Positions 1-14,700 of a DNA stretch of 64,000 nucleotides are shown here, piece by piece. The stretch is taken from assembly GCA_023213395.1 (NCBI GenBank), contig CM041465.1:88233741-88297740 (forward strand), written 5' to 3'. Position 1 is the first letter of the stretch, and each line of letters begins with the position of its first letter. Below the pieces are notes generated by a model that did no database searches, was not told where the DNA came from, and saw only the letters and a list, made by a program, of their open reading frames with translations. The stretch comes from Cycas panzhihuaensis. Lineage: Eukaryota > Plantae > Cycadophyta. Position numbers and translations under genes: made by a program.

Positions 1-3000
1 AGAAATGAAGCTAAACCTTAAGATGCAGGTGATGCTAAAACTAATTGGGAAGAAAGGGATAATACTGGACTCATAATATTAAAACTATCAATATCTGACC
101 CTCTTTTCATTTATGTAGAAAGTCTTTATTCTACCTAAAGCATTTGGAAATATCTAAAGAATTTGTATGGCGAAAAAAATGGAGCTAAGATAATAACTCT
201 TAAAGAGGAATTATTCAAACTCCACATGAAGGAGTAAAAAATAATCATAAAATTTTTACATAAGGTGATTTCGCTAAAAAATGATCTGGCTAGTGTAGGT
301 GATCTAATCTCATATTAGGCATTAGTGGAATTCATGGTTAGAAAACTACCCAAGTTATTTGATATTATAATAAACACCATCACTAATGCAAATCAAATAA
401 CAACTATGATAAGAGACACCTTGATAGGACTCTTACTCCAATAGGAGTAAAGAAATAGGCGATACAAAGATGTAGGAGACCTTGAGGACACATTTGCATC
501 CAGAATGAGTGTGGGATCTAGAGGGTCAAGTAGAGGAAGAGGAAAAGCTCCAGAAACTCGTACTCCATCACGAGGACATTGGTAAGACTCAAGAGGATGA
601 GGCAGCAATACACCATTAAAGATTTGTTACTCTTGTGATAAGATTGGTCACTTTGTTAATTCCTATAAAGCCTTTGATATATGTTACCATTATGGAAAAT
701 TAGGACACTACCCATACTGGTGCAAGAAAGCAAACATCTAAAGAGGGAAGAAGCCCATGGGAAACTATAGCAAAGAATAAGAAGGCGACGATGAGAATGA
801 TGAAGAGGAAGAAACAAAGTTCATTGTGGCACTTACAATAAGCATCCAGGATAAAGACATATGGTACATAGGTTTAGGAGCGTTACATCATATGATAGGT
901 CGAGAAGAGTGGTTCAAGACTTTACAGCCCTATACCACCAACAAATTAGTAGAATTGGGAGATAAATACTCCCTTGAAATTAAAGGAATTGGAATTGTTG
1001 CAGTTAAAATAAAAGATAGAATTAAAAAAAATTAGAAATATAATTTTAGTGTCAAGTCTAAAAATGAATCTCCTATCTATCTCTCAACTAAAAAAGAAGG
1101 GATTGAGTACTGTATTTGATGAAAAGGGTTTTGTTACATCCTTGATATGAAAAATAATAGGAATATAATTGTAAAAGGGGTTAAAAGTAATGACCTATAT
1201 AGGCTGCTATCACACCCCATTTTGCTTGATGTAAAAACTTGTGCTACTATAAGTCTTAATGAGAAAATGTGGCATTTGAAGTATGGTAATCTTCCCATAG
1301 AAAAATTAAAAAATACAGAGAAGAAAAGCTTAGTGACTAGTTTGCCTCACTTCACATCAAATAATTTCATTTGTAAAGGGTGTCAATTTAGTAAACAACA
1401 CAGACAACCATTTCAAGAAAGTAAGTGGCAGGCCCAAGAAAAATTAGAATTGATACATACAAATCTATGTGGTCCTTTCACTCCACACTCCATAAAAGGA
1501 AGTAGATACATTTTTACTTTTATAGATGATCTGACTAGAAAGATTTGGGTTTATTTTTATGTACTAAATCTGATGTTTTTGATATGTTTAAAGAATTCAA
1601 AGCTGAAATAAAACTAGAAACTAATACCAAAATCAAATGCATAAGGTCTAACGATGGAGGTGAATATATCTCCAAAGAATTTTTGGAGTATTGAAAAGCT
1701 AGGGAAATACAAAGATAATTTTCAACTCCCTACACACCCTAATCCAATGGGGTTGTAGAAAGAAAAAATAGGGTTGTCATGGAAATGGCAAGGAGTATGA
1801 TGCATGGGAAAAATGTTCAAAAGTCATACTAGGATAAAGCAATTAGTATAACCTACTATTTACTAAATAGAAGTTCAACAAAGGCAATGGAATGATACAC
1901 TCCAAAAGAAGCATAGTCAGGAAGGAACCCTGACATAAGCCATCTAAAGGTATTTGGAAGTCAAGCCTTTATTCATATCCCAAATAAGAGAAGAACTAAG
2001 CTAGATTCAAAAAGTTTGGAATGCATCATGGTAGGATACAACAAAAGTTCAAAGGCATACAAGTGTATAGATCCCAAAACCAATAAATTTTATGTAAGTC
2101 GAGATGTTATCTTCAATGAGGAAGACAAAGAAGAAAATACAAGTAATAGAAAGGATACCTCAAGCAGCTCCACCATGCAACTTTGTAAAAGAAAAATCAG
2201 ATATAACTTTAGAAGAAATCTCAAAAGGATCCGCCTCATCCCCGAAATTGTACTCAGACTCCACCATTGAAGAAGGCCCCTCTGAAGAAGCAAATGTTGA
2301 AGGAAAGAAGGTCCCCAGATGGTATCTCAAAACTATAAAGGAAAGTAAAGGTGAGATATTTTCTCATAAAACTAGAAGCCAAAATCCAAGGGCCTTATTT
2401 AGTAGTATAGAGTCATAATCCCTTTCTGAAGCCAAAGATCATACATAATAGAAGAAGGCCATGGATGATGAGATAAATTCAATAAATAAAAATCAAACCT
2501 AGGAATTAGTAGATCTACCATTAAATAGATCAACTATAAACTGCAAATGGGTATATAAAATAAAAAGGGGCCCTGATGGAAAGATTGAGAAACACAAGGC
2601 TAGATTAGTTGTAAAAGGATATACCCAAACTGCAAGGATAGACTACGAAGAAAATTTCTCTCCAGTGGCCAAATTAAACACAGTAAGAACAGTCATAGCC
2701 CTGGTAGATCAAAGAAATTGGAAAATATTTCAGGTGGACATAAAAAGTACTTTTTTGAATGGAGAACTAGAAGAAGAGGTGTATATATCCTAACCAAAAG
2801 GCTATATCAAAAAAGGACAAGAGCATTTAGTATACAAGTTAAAAAAGGTTCTATATGGTTTGAAACAAGCTCTCTATGCATGGTATGCTAAATTAGATAG
2901 CTATCTTAGCAAAAATGGGTTCTGAAGGGGTAGCTTAGATTCAAGTTTATATATAGAAAATAGAAATGGAACAATAAGCATAATAGCAGTTTACGTAGAT

Positions 3001-3933
3001 GACATGATCCTTACAAGTGATGATAACGAATCATTATCTGATATAAATAAGCAATTGGAAAAGAAATTTGAGATGATTAACTTGGGACTTCTCAACTATT
3101 ACCTGGGGATCTAAATTAAACAATAAACTGGTTTAGTTACCTTCTGTCAAAGAAAATATGTTAAAGATTTGCTCATGAAGTTTAGAATGGAAGAGTACAA
3201 TCCTTGCTCTACTCCCATGGAAGAAAATTGTAATCTAGTGCTAGTTAAAGAAGAACCCTGCTTTAATGCTACATTATACAAACAACTTGTTGGAAGTCTT
3301 ATCTACCTCATAGTAACTAGACCTAACATCTTGTATGATGTGAGTCTAATATCAAGATATATGCATGAGCCAAAAATAAGACATTAGAATACTGGAAAAA
3401 GAATCTTGAGATATCTCAAAGGAGTAATTGAATTGAAACTAATATTTCTAAAGGAAACATCAGGCCAACTAATAGGATTCTGTGACTCAGATTGGGCAGG
3501 TGATAAAGAACAAAGAAAGTTAACCAGTGGATATTGCTTCTTCTTAAGATCATCACCAATCTCTTAGAGTAGTAAAAAATAAGCTACTATAGCACTATCA
3601 TCAACCAAAGCAGAATATAAATCAGTCATCAGTGTCGTAGTAGAAGCAGTTTGGCTCAGAGAAATAATGAAAGACTTAAAAGCTCCTCAAAAATCTACAA
3701 CGACTCTTTATTATGACAATTAGAGTACAATCAAGCTCACCAAAAATCTAGTATTCCATTCCAGAACTAAATACGTTGAAGTTCAATATCACTTTATTAG
3801 GGAAAAGGTTCAAAATAAAGAAATAGATCTTGTTTATTATCCTACAAATGAACAAGTAGCTAATATATTAACAAAACCACTAAGGAAAGATAAATTTCAA
3901 ATTCTTAGAGACAAAATAGGACTAGTTAGATAA
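1..3933 (+). pseudogene. copia gag-pol, multiple stops and frameshifts
   Basis: ORF fragments 826-1035, 1147-1611, 2016-2270 and 3169-3387 carry copia motifs; the gaps contain stop codons at Q/W codons. Confidence 0.93.
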
Positions 3934-3948
3934 AACATTAAGAGAGGG

Positions 3949-4134
3949 TGTTAGAAAATAATATTTTATCCTAAGTCATAAGTTAATATGTCTTATGCAT
4001 CCTTAAGTGACCGTTAATATAGATCAATTACTGGTTAGTTTCAGGGTGGTTACAAACGTTATTAGTATATATGTACTTATATCATGAATAAGAATTGAAT
4101 CAATTCTCTTTTTGATCGTTGAGTTTATCCAACA
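3949..4134 (+). repeat. 3' LTR (~186 bp) of the first copia element
   Basis: Starts TGTTAG directly after the PPT and ends CCAACA. Its partner LTR is not in the window. Confidence 0.7.
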
Positions 4135-4957
4135 AACAACGACTTCTATATCATTATTTAGGGCTTCAAATCTTTCAACTTAGAATAGATAATGGCATGC
4201 GAACCTATCAATTCTACACCATGGTCTCATTGCTCGTAATCTCAGAGCTTGCATAATAACAATAGTTGTAGCGATAACATCCACACCTAATGTTTCAAAT
4301 AGTTATCATAGGACTTTATTATTATTATTTTTTAATATTTTTGATAATAGATTTAATACGTTTGACTCCTTCTTACTTATAGTAGGTTTGTTATTTGTGC
4401 AAGGTGATCATGCCTACATTTAGAGCTCTTTTGTAATAATTTTTTGCTTCAAACAATAAGCTTTAAATATATGTTTTATAACCCTTGAATCAAAACCTAC
4501 ATGTTATAAAATGGACCCACATGCAGCTTCAAATCTGGTCACAAAAAACATAAATCTATAGCTTTAAAACAACTCTACAGTAACTTCAAATCTCTAAAAA
4601 TTAAGCTTAAAAAATAGTCTTAAAATAGCTTCAGAACAAGCTTCAAAGTAGCCTTTAATAATAACTCCAATTAGGATTTGAACAGCCTTTAAACAATATC
4701 AAAACAACTCCTTTAAATTTAAAAAGTAATGATGAAATACCCTAAATACTTAAAAAAATAATCCCTTAAAAATATGCATAAAGTGCAATAAACGTTGGCT
4801 CCAAATAACTTTAAATAATCCTTTAAATAAACAATGAACATGTCACTAATCAAGCACAGTATAGGTTCCTCAAAAATTTGAAAAGGCTTCAAAAAATCAA
4901 AAGGATAACATGTACAAAGGCTCTATAATATTGTCCTTAAGGATTCAAAACCTTGGA

Positions 4958-5312
4958 CTCTCATACCATGTTAGAAAATAAGCATGCAAAGCTCTATACT
5001 ATGTTAGAAAAATAATATATTATGCATGCAATAGATGAACTAAGATGGTGAGTTAATGATGCAACAATGAAGCTTAAAGAAGATGAAGTATGTATAAATG
5101 AACACGAGAGATAGAGAAATAGCCAAAACTTAATTTAGAATGAATGATAATATACATTCTTATAATACAAGTTTACCATTAATGAGAGAACCCCATTGGT
5201 CAATCTTAAAGGTAACATACATCTCTATAGCTCACAACCTTAAATATAAAATATACATAAATGTAGAGAGTATATATGAGAGTGATTATATACTTCGGTA
5301 TTACACCTAATA
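4958..5312 (-). mobile_element. PBS(Met)-like site and part of a minus-strand LTR, interrupted by the next copia
   Basis: CTCTCATACCA|TGTTAG is the reverse complement of a degenerate TGGTATCAGAG abutting an LTR end; the motif recurs at 4991-5013. Confidence 0.55.
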
Positions 5313-5568
5313 CTTTGTTGATATATTAACCAATTATTTCATTATATTTTTAGGGTGGTTTGCTTATAAATTAAGCCCATACCTTATGCTTTATACATTG
5401 GATTTTATTACATGCAGAAGCTCTACCAAAATTGAGATGCACAGTGTAATCAATTAAACCATAGAATATTTCTGTTGTATTTAACTCTATTATCTTATAT
5501 TTTGATCTTAGTTTATAAGTTATTTATGTTAATGCATATTAATTTAGATCTTGTTGCTTGATTTAACA
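5313..5568 (+). repeat. 5' LTR, first ~120 bp missing
   Basis: Aligns to 15623-15878 and ends TTTAACA before the PBS. Confidence 0.9.
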
Positions 5569-7535
5569 TGGCATCATAGCCTATTATGTGTATTTCGTTT
5601 AATATTTTGTGAGTTTTGGTTAAAAACAATGGTCTTTTTATCAATAATGACATCCCATTCTCATCATTTTAAAATTTTTTAACAAATATAAGTAGCATAA
5701 GATAAATATGATTCTACAATAGGTGCTTTCCATCACATATTATCTTCTATGTACAGGTCGACATGTTTGTAGTAGTCCACATGCCTCTTTGCTCTAGTTT
5801 CATATGAAAATGATAAAAATGACACATCATTTCCACCGTTCAACCTCTATTTTACTATGTACCAATATATGGTGGTTCTAAAGCTATTCATACTCATTTT
5901 ATTTTACTACAAATCTGTTTAGAGGAGGGATGTATAGACATATAGGCCCATTGAGTCTAATTTAATCTACCATTAAGGAGTCACTACTTATTTTTTGTCT
6001 ATAGTTCACGTGGAAATCCTACGAAGGCTGTGGATATGTTTGAGCTACTGGAGCCATTTGAAAGCCTATAATAGTAGAAAACCTGATCATACATCATATC
6101 TAGACTAGCACAATCATCCCTAGATAGATATGTATCGAAAATGATAATGTTTTCATCAATTTCTCCTCATTGTGGATGCAAAAAGTTGTAATCTAACATG
6201 ACTATTAAAATTTGATTTTAATCTTTATTTTTTTCTAAAGTTTGATCTATATTAAATTAAATTTGATTTGGGATTGAGATTTGTTGAAGAGGACTAGTCT
6301 ATTAGTCATATTTAACCCCATAGGATTGGGGTTTAGTTATAAAAAGGGGCAGATTCTAAAGATTATAAGCTACTTTTTATAATTTTTGTATAATAAAAAA
6401 CTTTATTCTATATTTCATACTCTTTTGAGGTCTATTAAGCCTTTTGGAGTCTATTCGGTGGTCACATGCATTTGTTTTATGATTGGGGGCCAACCAATAA
6501 AGAGGGCTTAACCCAACTCTACCTTATCTTTTGCCCTTAAGGAGTACTTATTAATATTTTGACCATAACGTTTCAATGGAAAGTCAAATTTAAGCACTAT
6601 CTAAACCATTAGAAAGTTGATTCACAAGGATACAACTTGGAGGTTCATCTAAATTTGAGTATTCTTTTAAGGGATTATTGGTAAATAAAGTTGACATTCT
6701 TATTTGAGTTGTGCTAAGGCTTATTTTCATTAATTAAAAGCCTTAGTTTTATTTTGCAAAAGATATTTTGTTACTAAATGCTATTTTCATCATTTAGTTG
6801 GTTGTCCTACTCTATTTTTTGGGCTAATAAGTACTTGTAGTTTGTTATTGTATGTGTCCTCTTGAGTGAAAGAGGTTAGGTTTCACCTGTGAAAAGTCCA
6901 TAAAAAAGAGCTCCATAACCCTATCTTTTCTCTTTAAGTTATTTTCCTTAGTTTCTTTACTTTTATTTTTCATAAAAATAATCTTGTATGTAAATAAGAC
7001 CACATCCTAAAATCAATTTTTAACTCAAAACTAAGAAAGATAATTCCTAATTCATAAGAAAACCTTTTCTAGTCTTGTAAGGAGAATGATTAAGACCTCT
7101 GAAGTTACCACTCCACATACATCTTTAGTTTTTCTCAAACTCTAAATACATTAAAGAAACCCATTAGCTATTAGGTGTATTAAGTGGCAAGTTGAGATAT
7201 AAACCCTACCTTAGTGTTTAGAGGCTTGACTAAATGCAGAGGGAGTGAGTTCCTTAGTTAATAATTTTCAACTAGATTTATCACTAGACATAAGTTTGGT
7301 ACATGTAGACTAACAAGTCAAGGGGTTTTTTGACCTTCTTAGTAGCTCATATACTGAGTTATATAGAGCATTAAACTTATGTATCAGTATATAGCATCCC
7401 TAATTTGCTACTTATGGGTAGATACCACTAGATAGGATAGCAACCAAGGACTTCTTGGAGCCCCCTAAACTTAGTAACACATTAGGTAGATAGGACATAA
7501 AAAGGATACTAAAAGACACATAGAGTCACTCTAAA

Positions 7536-10500
7536 ATGGCAACCCAAATGTTCCTATCTAATATTATCAAACTTAATGGCATAAATAATTTCTTAACTTA
7601 AAAGAAACAAGTTAAGAACCTCTCTTATCATGAATGACTATTGGGCTTATATCAATGGAGATATACCCCTACCTACATCTACCAACGACCCAAATGATAC
7701 TACCATTGTCATCCCACTTGATCTAGTTGCCTTAACCAACTTCAATGTTAAGGATAATATAGCCTTATAATTTCTCCACTTGACTGTAGAAGACTAAGTG
7801 GATCAAAATATAGAAATTATTCAAACCTCTCATGAAGCTTAGAGCATCTTATGCTCCCTCTATAAGAGGAGAGATGAGTCAAGATCAACAACATTAAAGG
7901 TACACTTGTTTAAAATACCTTTATTAGAATTGTCATCATCCACTTAACTAAGGTAAAAATAATAAGAAACCAACTCATAATTCTTAGTGAACCTACATCT
8001 GATCATGACTTAGTGTCTAGCATCCTTAATATCCTTCTTATAGAATATAATAGCTTTGTGTCCAAACTTTATAATAATTATACCAAAATGGACTTCATCA
8101 CTTTTGAAAGACTTTTTCTCAGAGAGGAGAACATCCTTAATTACTAAAGAGTGGCATCTACTTTTAACTTTGTGCTTATATTTATAGCCAAGAATTTAGA
8201 AAAGAATAGACTAAGTAAATAGCCAAGTAAGCAGCCATGTCATTGATAAACCCTTAAGCAAGAGTTTGACTCCCTTAACATCTCATAACAACCACATTAG
8301 TAGCCAACATATCAATAATCATGATCTTAATAAGTTGGCACTTCATCATAACAAGCTCATCAGCCTCAACAACCACATCAACCATAATAACCTTAATAAC
8401 CAAGGAATCAATAGTATTAAAAAAAATATCACTTGCATGTATTGTGGGAAGAATAGACATTTGGCTATTGACTGTAGGAGAAGACAAGCTTATTTTTAGA
8501 TGTTTCAAAATTAAGGGGAATAATTTTGTAGGCTAAACTTTCAATAAGGTGGATCTAGCTTCTAATAAGGTGGACTTAGTTTTTAACTAGGAGGCCCAAC
8601 CCTTCAACAAGAAGCCCTATACTTTTAATAAGAAGATTTCAATCTTCAACAAGGAGGCCCTAATTTTCCATAAGGAGGGCTAATTGATCAATAACTAGGC
8701 TAATTCTTATAATAGAATTGGGATCAAAGACAAAATTGAAATTAATGCCAACCAAATATATAGTGATTCTAACCAAGAACTCTAAAGAACAACCAAAACT
8801 CTCAATAAGGAGGTAATATGCTAGACACTCAATACTCCTCCTAAAATTTATTCTTTACAACTTTGTCATCCCAACATGATGATAATTCTTGGTTACTAGA
8901 TTCAGGTGCCACATGCCAATGGATCATTATAAAAGACATGTTGGAGGAGATATATCCATTCAACACTCAAATAATCATATTTCGAGGTAACCTCACCTAT
9001 GATATGACCAAAAGTAGAAGGGCTCCCATTGTATTAAAGGATTCCAAAATATGACAACATATCAACAATGTATTCTTAATTTTAGGCATGAAGATAAACC
9101 TACCTTCTATTAGTCAAATTGATAAGAAGAACCTAGATGTCCTCTTTAGTTAAAGCATCTGTATTATTATTAATTACACTAATAGATAACTTATTGCAAC
9201 AAGACATGAGGATAGTAGCTTATATAAGCTTGACAGAGTTCTCCTTGCCACTAGTCCACCATAAAAATCCTGTTCAATGGTATAGAATAATCAACTTGAC
9301 AAGGAGAAAACAATCATGGTTGAAGACTTATCTCTTGTCTAAGAACAAGGTGAATTCTCTAATTTTAAAGAAAAATCTACCTTAAACAACACCAAAGACT
9401 AGCTATGACATCAACACCTTGGTCACTTAAATATGCAGAGCTTAAATCATATGTCTAGGCTTCATATGGTACATGCACTTCTAGTCATCTAGAGAAATAG
9501 ATGCATTTGTGAGGATTGCTTAATGAGAAAATGATAAAGAGAAAAATTTCCATCTAAGAATAAATGAAGCCTCAAAATCATTGGGATTAGTCTACTTAAA
9601 TATTTGTAGACCCATGTTAGTCCCCTCTCTCAATGGAAACATGTTCTTCATGACATTTATAGATGACTATTGTAAGAAAGTATGGGTCTACTTCCCAAGG
9701 AATAAGTACCAAGCCCTTGAAAAATTTAAAGAATTCAAGGTTAAGGTAGAGAATGAAAGTGGCATGAATATCAAGATCCTAAGATTTGATAATGGATGGG
9801 AGTATATATCAAACAAATTCATCAATTTTCACAAATAATATGGTATCAAACACGAATTCTCAGTACCTCATACACCTTAGTAAAATAGTGTAGTAGAAAG
9901 GATGAATCAAACATTGGTGAATAAAGAAAAGCCATGTTGAGTGTTGCCAATATCAACTACTGCGTATTTGACTAATAAAAATATCACAATAATAGTCAAA
10001 GATATCACCCCTATGGGGGCTTGGTCAAGAATCGAACTAATAGTTTCTTACTTAAAGATATTTTGATGCACAACTTACAAATTCATTCCTAAGGAGAATA
10101 GGAAGAAGTTAGATGACAAAAGCCTTAAGTATATTTTCCTTGGTTATGTACCTGGACGTAAAGCTTATAATGTTTATGACATTATTAGAAACTAAGTCTA
10201 CACTACTCAGGATATAATATTTGCTAAAAGTACTTAGGACCTAGATACCTCAAAAATCTAATTTATAGTAGAATATGATGTTCATACACCTGAAGTGCCT
10301 CTTGCACTAATTTTGGAGCCACTAACACCTACATCCTCTCATATACTAGGTTCATCTTTAGCTCTAGTAGCCCCAACATCTACATCAGATGCTAGCACAT
10401 CAATGCCACCCATTTCAGTTGATGACCTTTAGTTGGAAGCCACCAATTTTAACCACCTCCTAAGTGGGTCCAACAATTACTAAAGGATGCTTCTCCTCCT

Positions 10501-11752
10501 CCCATAACTGCCAAAAGATCATAAAAAGTAAGACACTCCATCATCTTTGCCTTAATGGAACATGTCTTAGAAACCTCTAAGCCTTCTACATTTAAGGAGG
10601 CAATCGAAGACCAAATGTAAAAAGTAGCAATGGATGAAGAGATGAGTTCCATCTTGAAAAATGAAACTTAGGAGCTAACAGTATTACCATATAGGAAAAA
10701 TCCAATTAATTATTAATGGCTCTATAAAACTAAGTTTCATGCAGATGGCACTGTCGAATGTTACAAAACTTGTCTAGTTGCAAAAGGTTTCAAATAACAG
10801 GAGGGGATAGACTATGATGAGACTTATGCATTGGTAGCCAATATAACCACATTCCATTTGGTGATGTCTCTAGCAGGCCAATTCAACTGGCCAGTATACT
10901 AAATAGATGTGAAGAGTGCTTTCCTCAATAAAGAGCTCATAGAAGAGGTTTTTTTAAAGAAACCTCTTAGCTATGTTGTTCTTGGTAAAGAACACTTAGT
11001 TTGTAAGCCTAAGAAGGCCTTATATGGATTGAAGTAGGTACCACATAACTAGTATATAAAAATTGATGCTTTTTTCAACCAGCATGGATTCCATCATTCA
11101 CCTTTTGTGTTAAACTTATACATTCAGATTAGAGAAAATTAGATCACCATTATTATACTCTATGTAGACAACTTGGCAATCATAAGCAATGACAATAAAG
11201 GCATAGCCTAGTTATAATCTAAATTGAAAAGCAACTTTGAGATGATAGATCTTAAGTTGCCACACTATTTCCTTGGCATTGAAGTATGGTAGGATCTAGG
11301 ACATATCTTCCTATCACAATCAAAGTATGCCAATGAACTCTTACAATAATTTAAAATAATAGAATGCAGGCAAGCCCCAATTCCAATGGAAATGGGAACT
11401 AAGCTAAACCTGGATGAACAAGACAAGCCATTTGATCCTACTTTGTACTGCTGGTTAGTTGGAAGCATCATTTACCTCACACATATTTTCCTAGATATTT
11501 CTTATGCAGTTAAGATATGCTCCAAGTACATGTCAAAGCAAAAAATATCCCATTGGAAAGATGCTACTAGAATCCTTAAGTACATTTGTAATATATATCA
11601 ATTTGGATTTGACTACAACCAAACTAAATTTCTTATCTTGAAAGGATACATAGATGCTAATTGGGTAGGTTGCTAAGACACATACCATTCAATATTGGGT
11701 ACTATTTTGATATAGATTTAGCTATAAACTCTTGAAGTTACAAGAAGTAGCT
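7536..11752 (+). pseudogene. copia gag-pol, 5' part
   Basis: ORF fragments 8266-8499, 8863-9054, 9581-9838 and 11386-11676 carry copia motifs. Confidence 0.92.
8537..8685 (+). repeat. 21-bp tandem repeat in gag, consensus ~F-Q-Q-G-G-P-N
   Basis: About seven units such as CTTCAACAAGGAGGCCCTAAT and TTTCAATAAGGTGGATCTAGC. Confidence 0.75.
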
Positions 11753-14700
11753 TGTAATGACCCCATACTACATGTAATAGGGTAGAAGGTTAAGGGTTAA
11801 GGAGGATAAGAATATGGGATTAGGTAGCTTAGTAGTAACATAATATAATAATGGGTGGCCCTCTTATAAATATGGCACCCCCATCTTATGTAAGGTAGCT
11901 TGATATATTTTGAATACAATCTATTAGGGTTCACTTCAGTGCCCCTTTTAGTCTTCAGTTTGGTGACCATTCTATTTTCCAGCTTTATTCCCTCTTACTC
12001 TCTTATGGTTACAGGAGTTGGCTTATAACAAGTGGTATCAGATCTAGGGCAAGGGTAATTTTTTTTTTATTTCCTCTTTATTTATTGTAGGTATTAAAGA
12101 TATAATCCTTAGTGGAGGATTGGAAATCCTATTGAAGGGTTTACAAAGCTAAAGATCGTACTTATGGCTAAAAATAAATACCCTAATAAGGATTTGTTCA
12201 CTTTGCTACTAAAGTTTCAAGAGACCCATTATTATTTTACATTTAGTGTTTATGTGAGAAGCAATTTATCACTTATGAAGAGCTACCATTCTAAGAATAT
12301 TGGAGATCTAGCTGTAGTCTTCATTATAGATGATATTTGATATCACTTAAAATCATAGTGGATGGACATAATATAGGGTCAAAGCTCTCTATTATCATGA
12401 AGGATTTTCACCTATTGGCCCATGCCCAAATCCTTGTTGTGAGTATAAGACTCTATGCCTTTAGATCACCTACAACTTGGTGATTTCCCACTATATAGAT
12501 GCTTGTGACCTATGGCCATTGAAGAGCCAACTCTTAGATCTAGGGCTGAGCAACATCTTGCCTATTTATGCATGAGTCATATGTAGTAATTGAAGTGCCC
12601 AACAACTAAAAGATGGTCATTTTCTGTTGAGATCTAGTTTTAGGTGTGTGAAGTAGTACCTTACTAACAAGAAAGAAGAGCTTAATCACTTAGCTATAGA
12701 GCATGAATGGCACTCCTTAGTAGCTTTACTGGTGGTTGCCTTGTTAACCCCCACTGTCTGTATTCATAAAGGTGACTATGGAGAACCCTGGTTTCCTATT
12801 CTAAGTGACTAATCTTTACAAGATATGGTTATTAGATGGAACATATAACTCAAGATCCTAAAGATCCTTCGAAGCATCAATTCCATATAGGGTTTTAAGG
12901 TCCAAGAGGAAGAGGATTTGATGCTTTCTTGACTATCTAGTTCATTTGTCCTTTTGTCCACTTGGAGTTGGGATTCAATTCATGATAAGGTAGGGAGGAT
13001 GCACATTAAGCAACACCATAAGTCCTTGTTATATGGATGAAACCAATAGAGGGACATGAAAGCTGCCAAAAATCAGAGCAGAATAAGCACTTTGATACCT
13101 TGCTTATTCAAAGGATAAAGAATTTTCGAGGACACTATAGGTTTTGAACCACTGATATATGAATCCTTATTGCATTATCTGAAACAGAAATTTTGGCATT
13201 TATATCTTCATTTTCCTTGGATACCTTCATAAAGATCTTTGTGGAGAGATCCTCTTAGATTGCAAATCGTCCTTATCACATCATAGACACCTACGCATTA
13301 ACTTTAAAACATGAATGAAAAAATGCTACAAATGCAACATTCAAATACAGTTTATAATAAGTCAGGATATGGTAAGTGAAAATGTTTGTAAAATTATTTG
13401 TATTATGGTTTTAAGTCAAATCACGTAGGTACTAATGATGACAAATCGTTTAGTTATCAATAACATTGATAAGTTTCTAATTTTAATATTTATTTGATTA
13501 CTAAATTGCTAAAGTTAAATTAAATTAAATTAAATTACAGTTGCACTTGAAATCTACCTCTTTCATAAGATAATCAATGGTCACATGGAATGCGTAAAAT
13601 GATTCTTTTTCTTTCTAAAAGGGGCTTAATGACAATTAAAATAGTCTTCTAAAAAATATTTTATACGTATGTACACCATTTTTGTCATATCTTCTTCATA
13701 AAACTCAGAATTCAGTTCTCCCAGATTTATTTGGTTCTTTGGTTTGAAAGCTTTGATTTGGAATATGATATGTGATATTTTAAACTTTTCTTATAGTATA
13801 TATTAATGTTTGAAGTTGAGTCTCATGATTATATGTCATTTTTTATATAATTTTTATAGTTTTTTAGGTTGTTTATATTTTAGCTTGCATGCCATTGCTC
13901 TTAAGGTGACAACATTAAGGGGGCTAACCATTTATGGACACCCCCTTGAAAAAAAGGGGGACAAATGGAGCTAGGGACTGATAGGAAATTACTTGTATCC
14001 TATGAAAAAAATGGTCTTCTTGATTGGTACTATGACTATGAATAATTCTTTTTTGACTACAATGCTGACCTTGAACCTGTTTACTTTGGGATGGATGGTG
14101 ATATTCAACTTTATGACTAGGTTGCTACTCTAGAATAGTTCTTTTAAGATTATTCTACACTTTATTACTTCAAGCAGGACTATGCCAAGGTCATATTTGC
14201 TATGCTATTCTTGCAATAGGACCTCCATCGAATGGTTTGAGAGTGGTATATTTCATACCCAGATCTAAATTGAGCTCCTTTAAGATGGAACTTCAAAGAG
14301 AAATAGGGGCTTGTCTAGCCATTGAGGCTTTTAGAAAAGAAAATGTGCAAGACCAAGATATTGGGTTGCAAGATGATCATCAACATATTGAAGCAATCAT
14401 TCCTAATTAGAGCACCCATCTAGAAGGAGAGGCTAAACAAGAGGAAGAAAAAGAAGATGAGGTACATTTTACTTTGAATCAACATGATGAAATCCCTTTA
14501 CTTAAAGGTGTAAATATTAAGCTAGCTCCATCATCATTCAAATTACAGGAGCATTTGGGTTCTCATTTTTATGGATTCTCATATCACTACACCACATGCC
14601 CACGTTTCTTTGGTTTTTATAGTTAGATGAAGGAGTCACTCTTTTTGGGACCACATCACTATTTACATGGACTTATGCATCTTTTCTCAATAATAAGATC

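Larger units (their letters stand above)
1..4134 (+). mobile_element. Ty1/copia LTR retrotransposon, 5' end outside window, degenerate
   Basis: Domain order gag (zinc knuckle CYSCDKIGH ~626) - protease (WYIGLGALHHM) - integrase (ELIHTNLCGP, FIDDLTRKIW) - RT (YVDDMI ~2990) - RNase H (FCDSDWAG). Polypurine tract AAGAGAGGG, then a TG...CA LTR. Confidence 0.95.
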
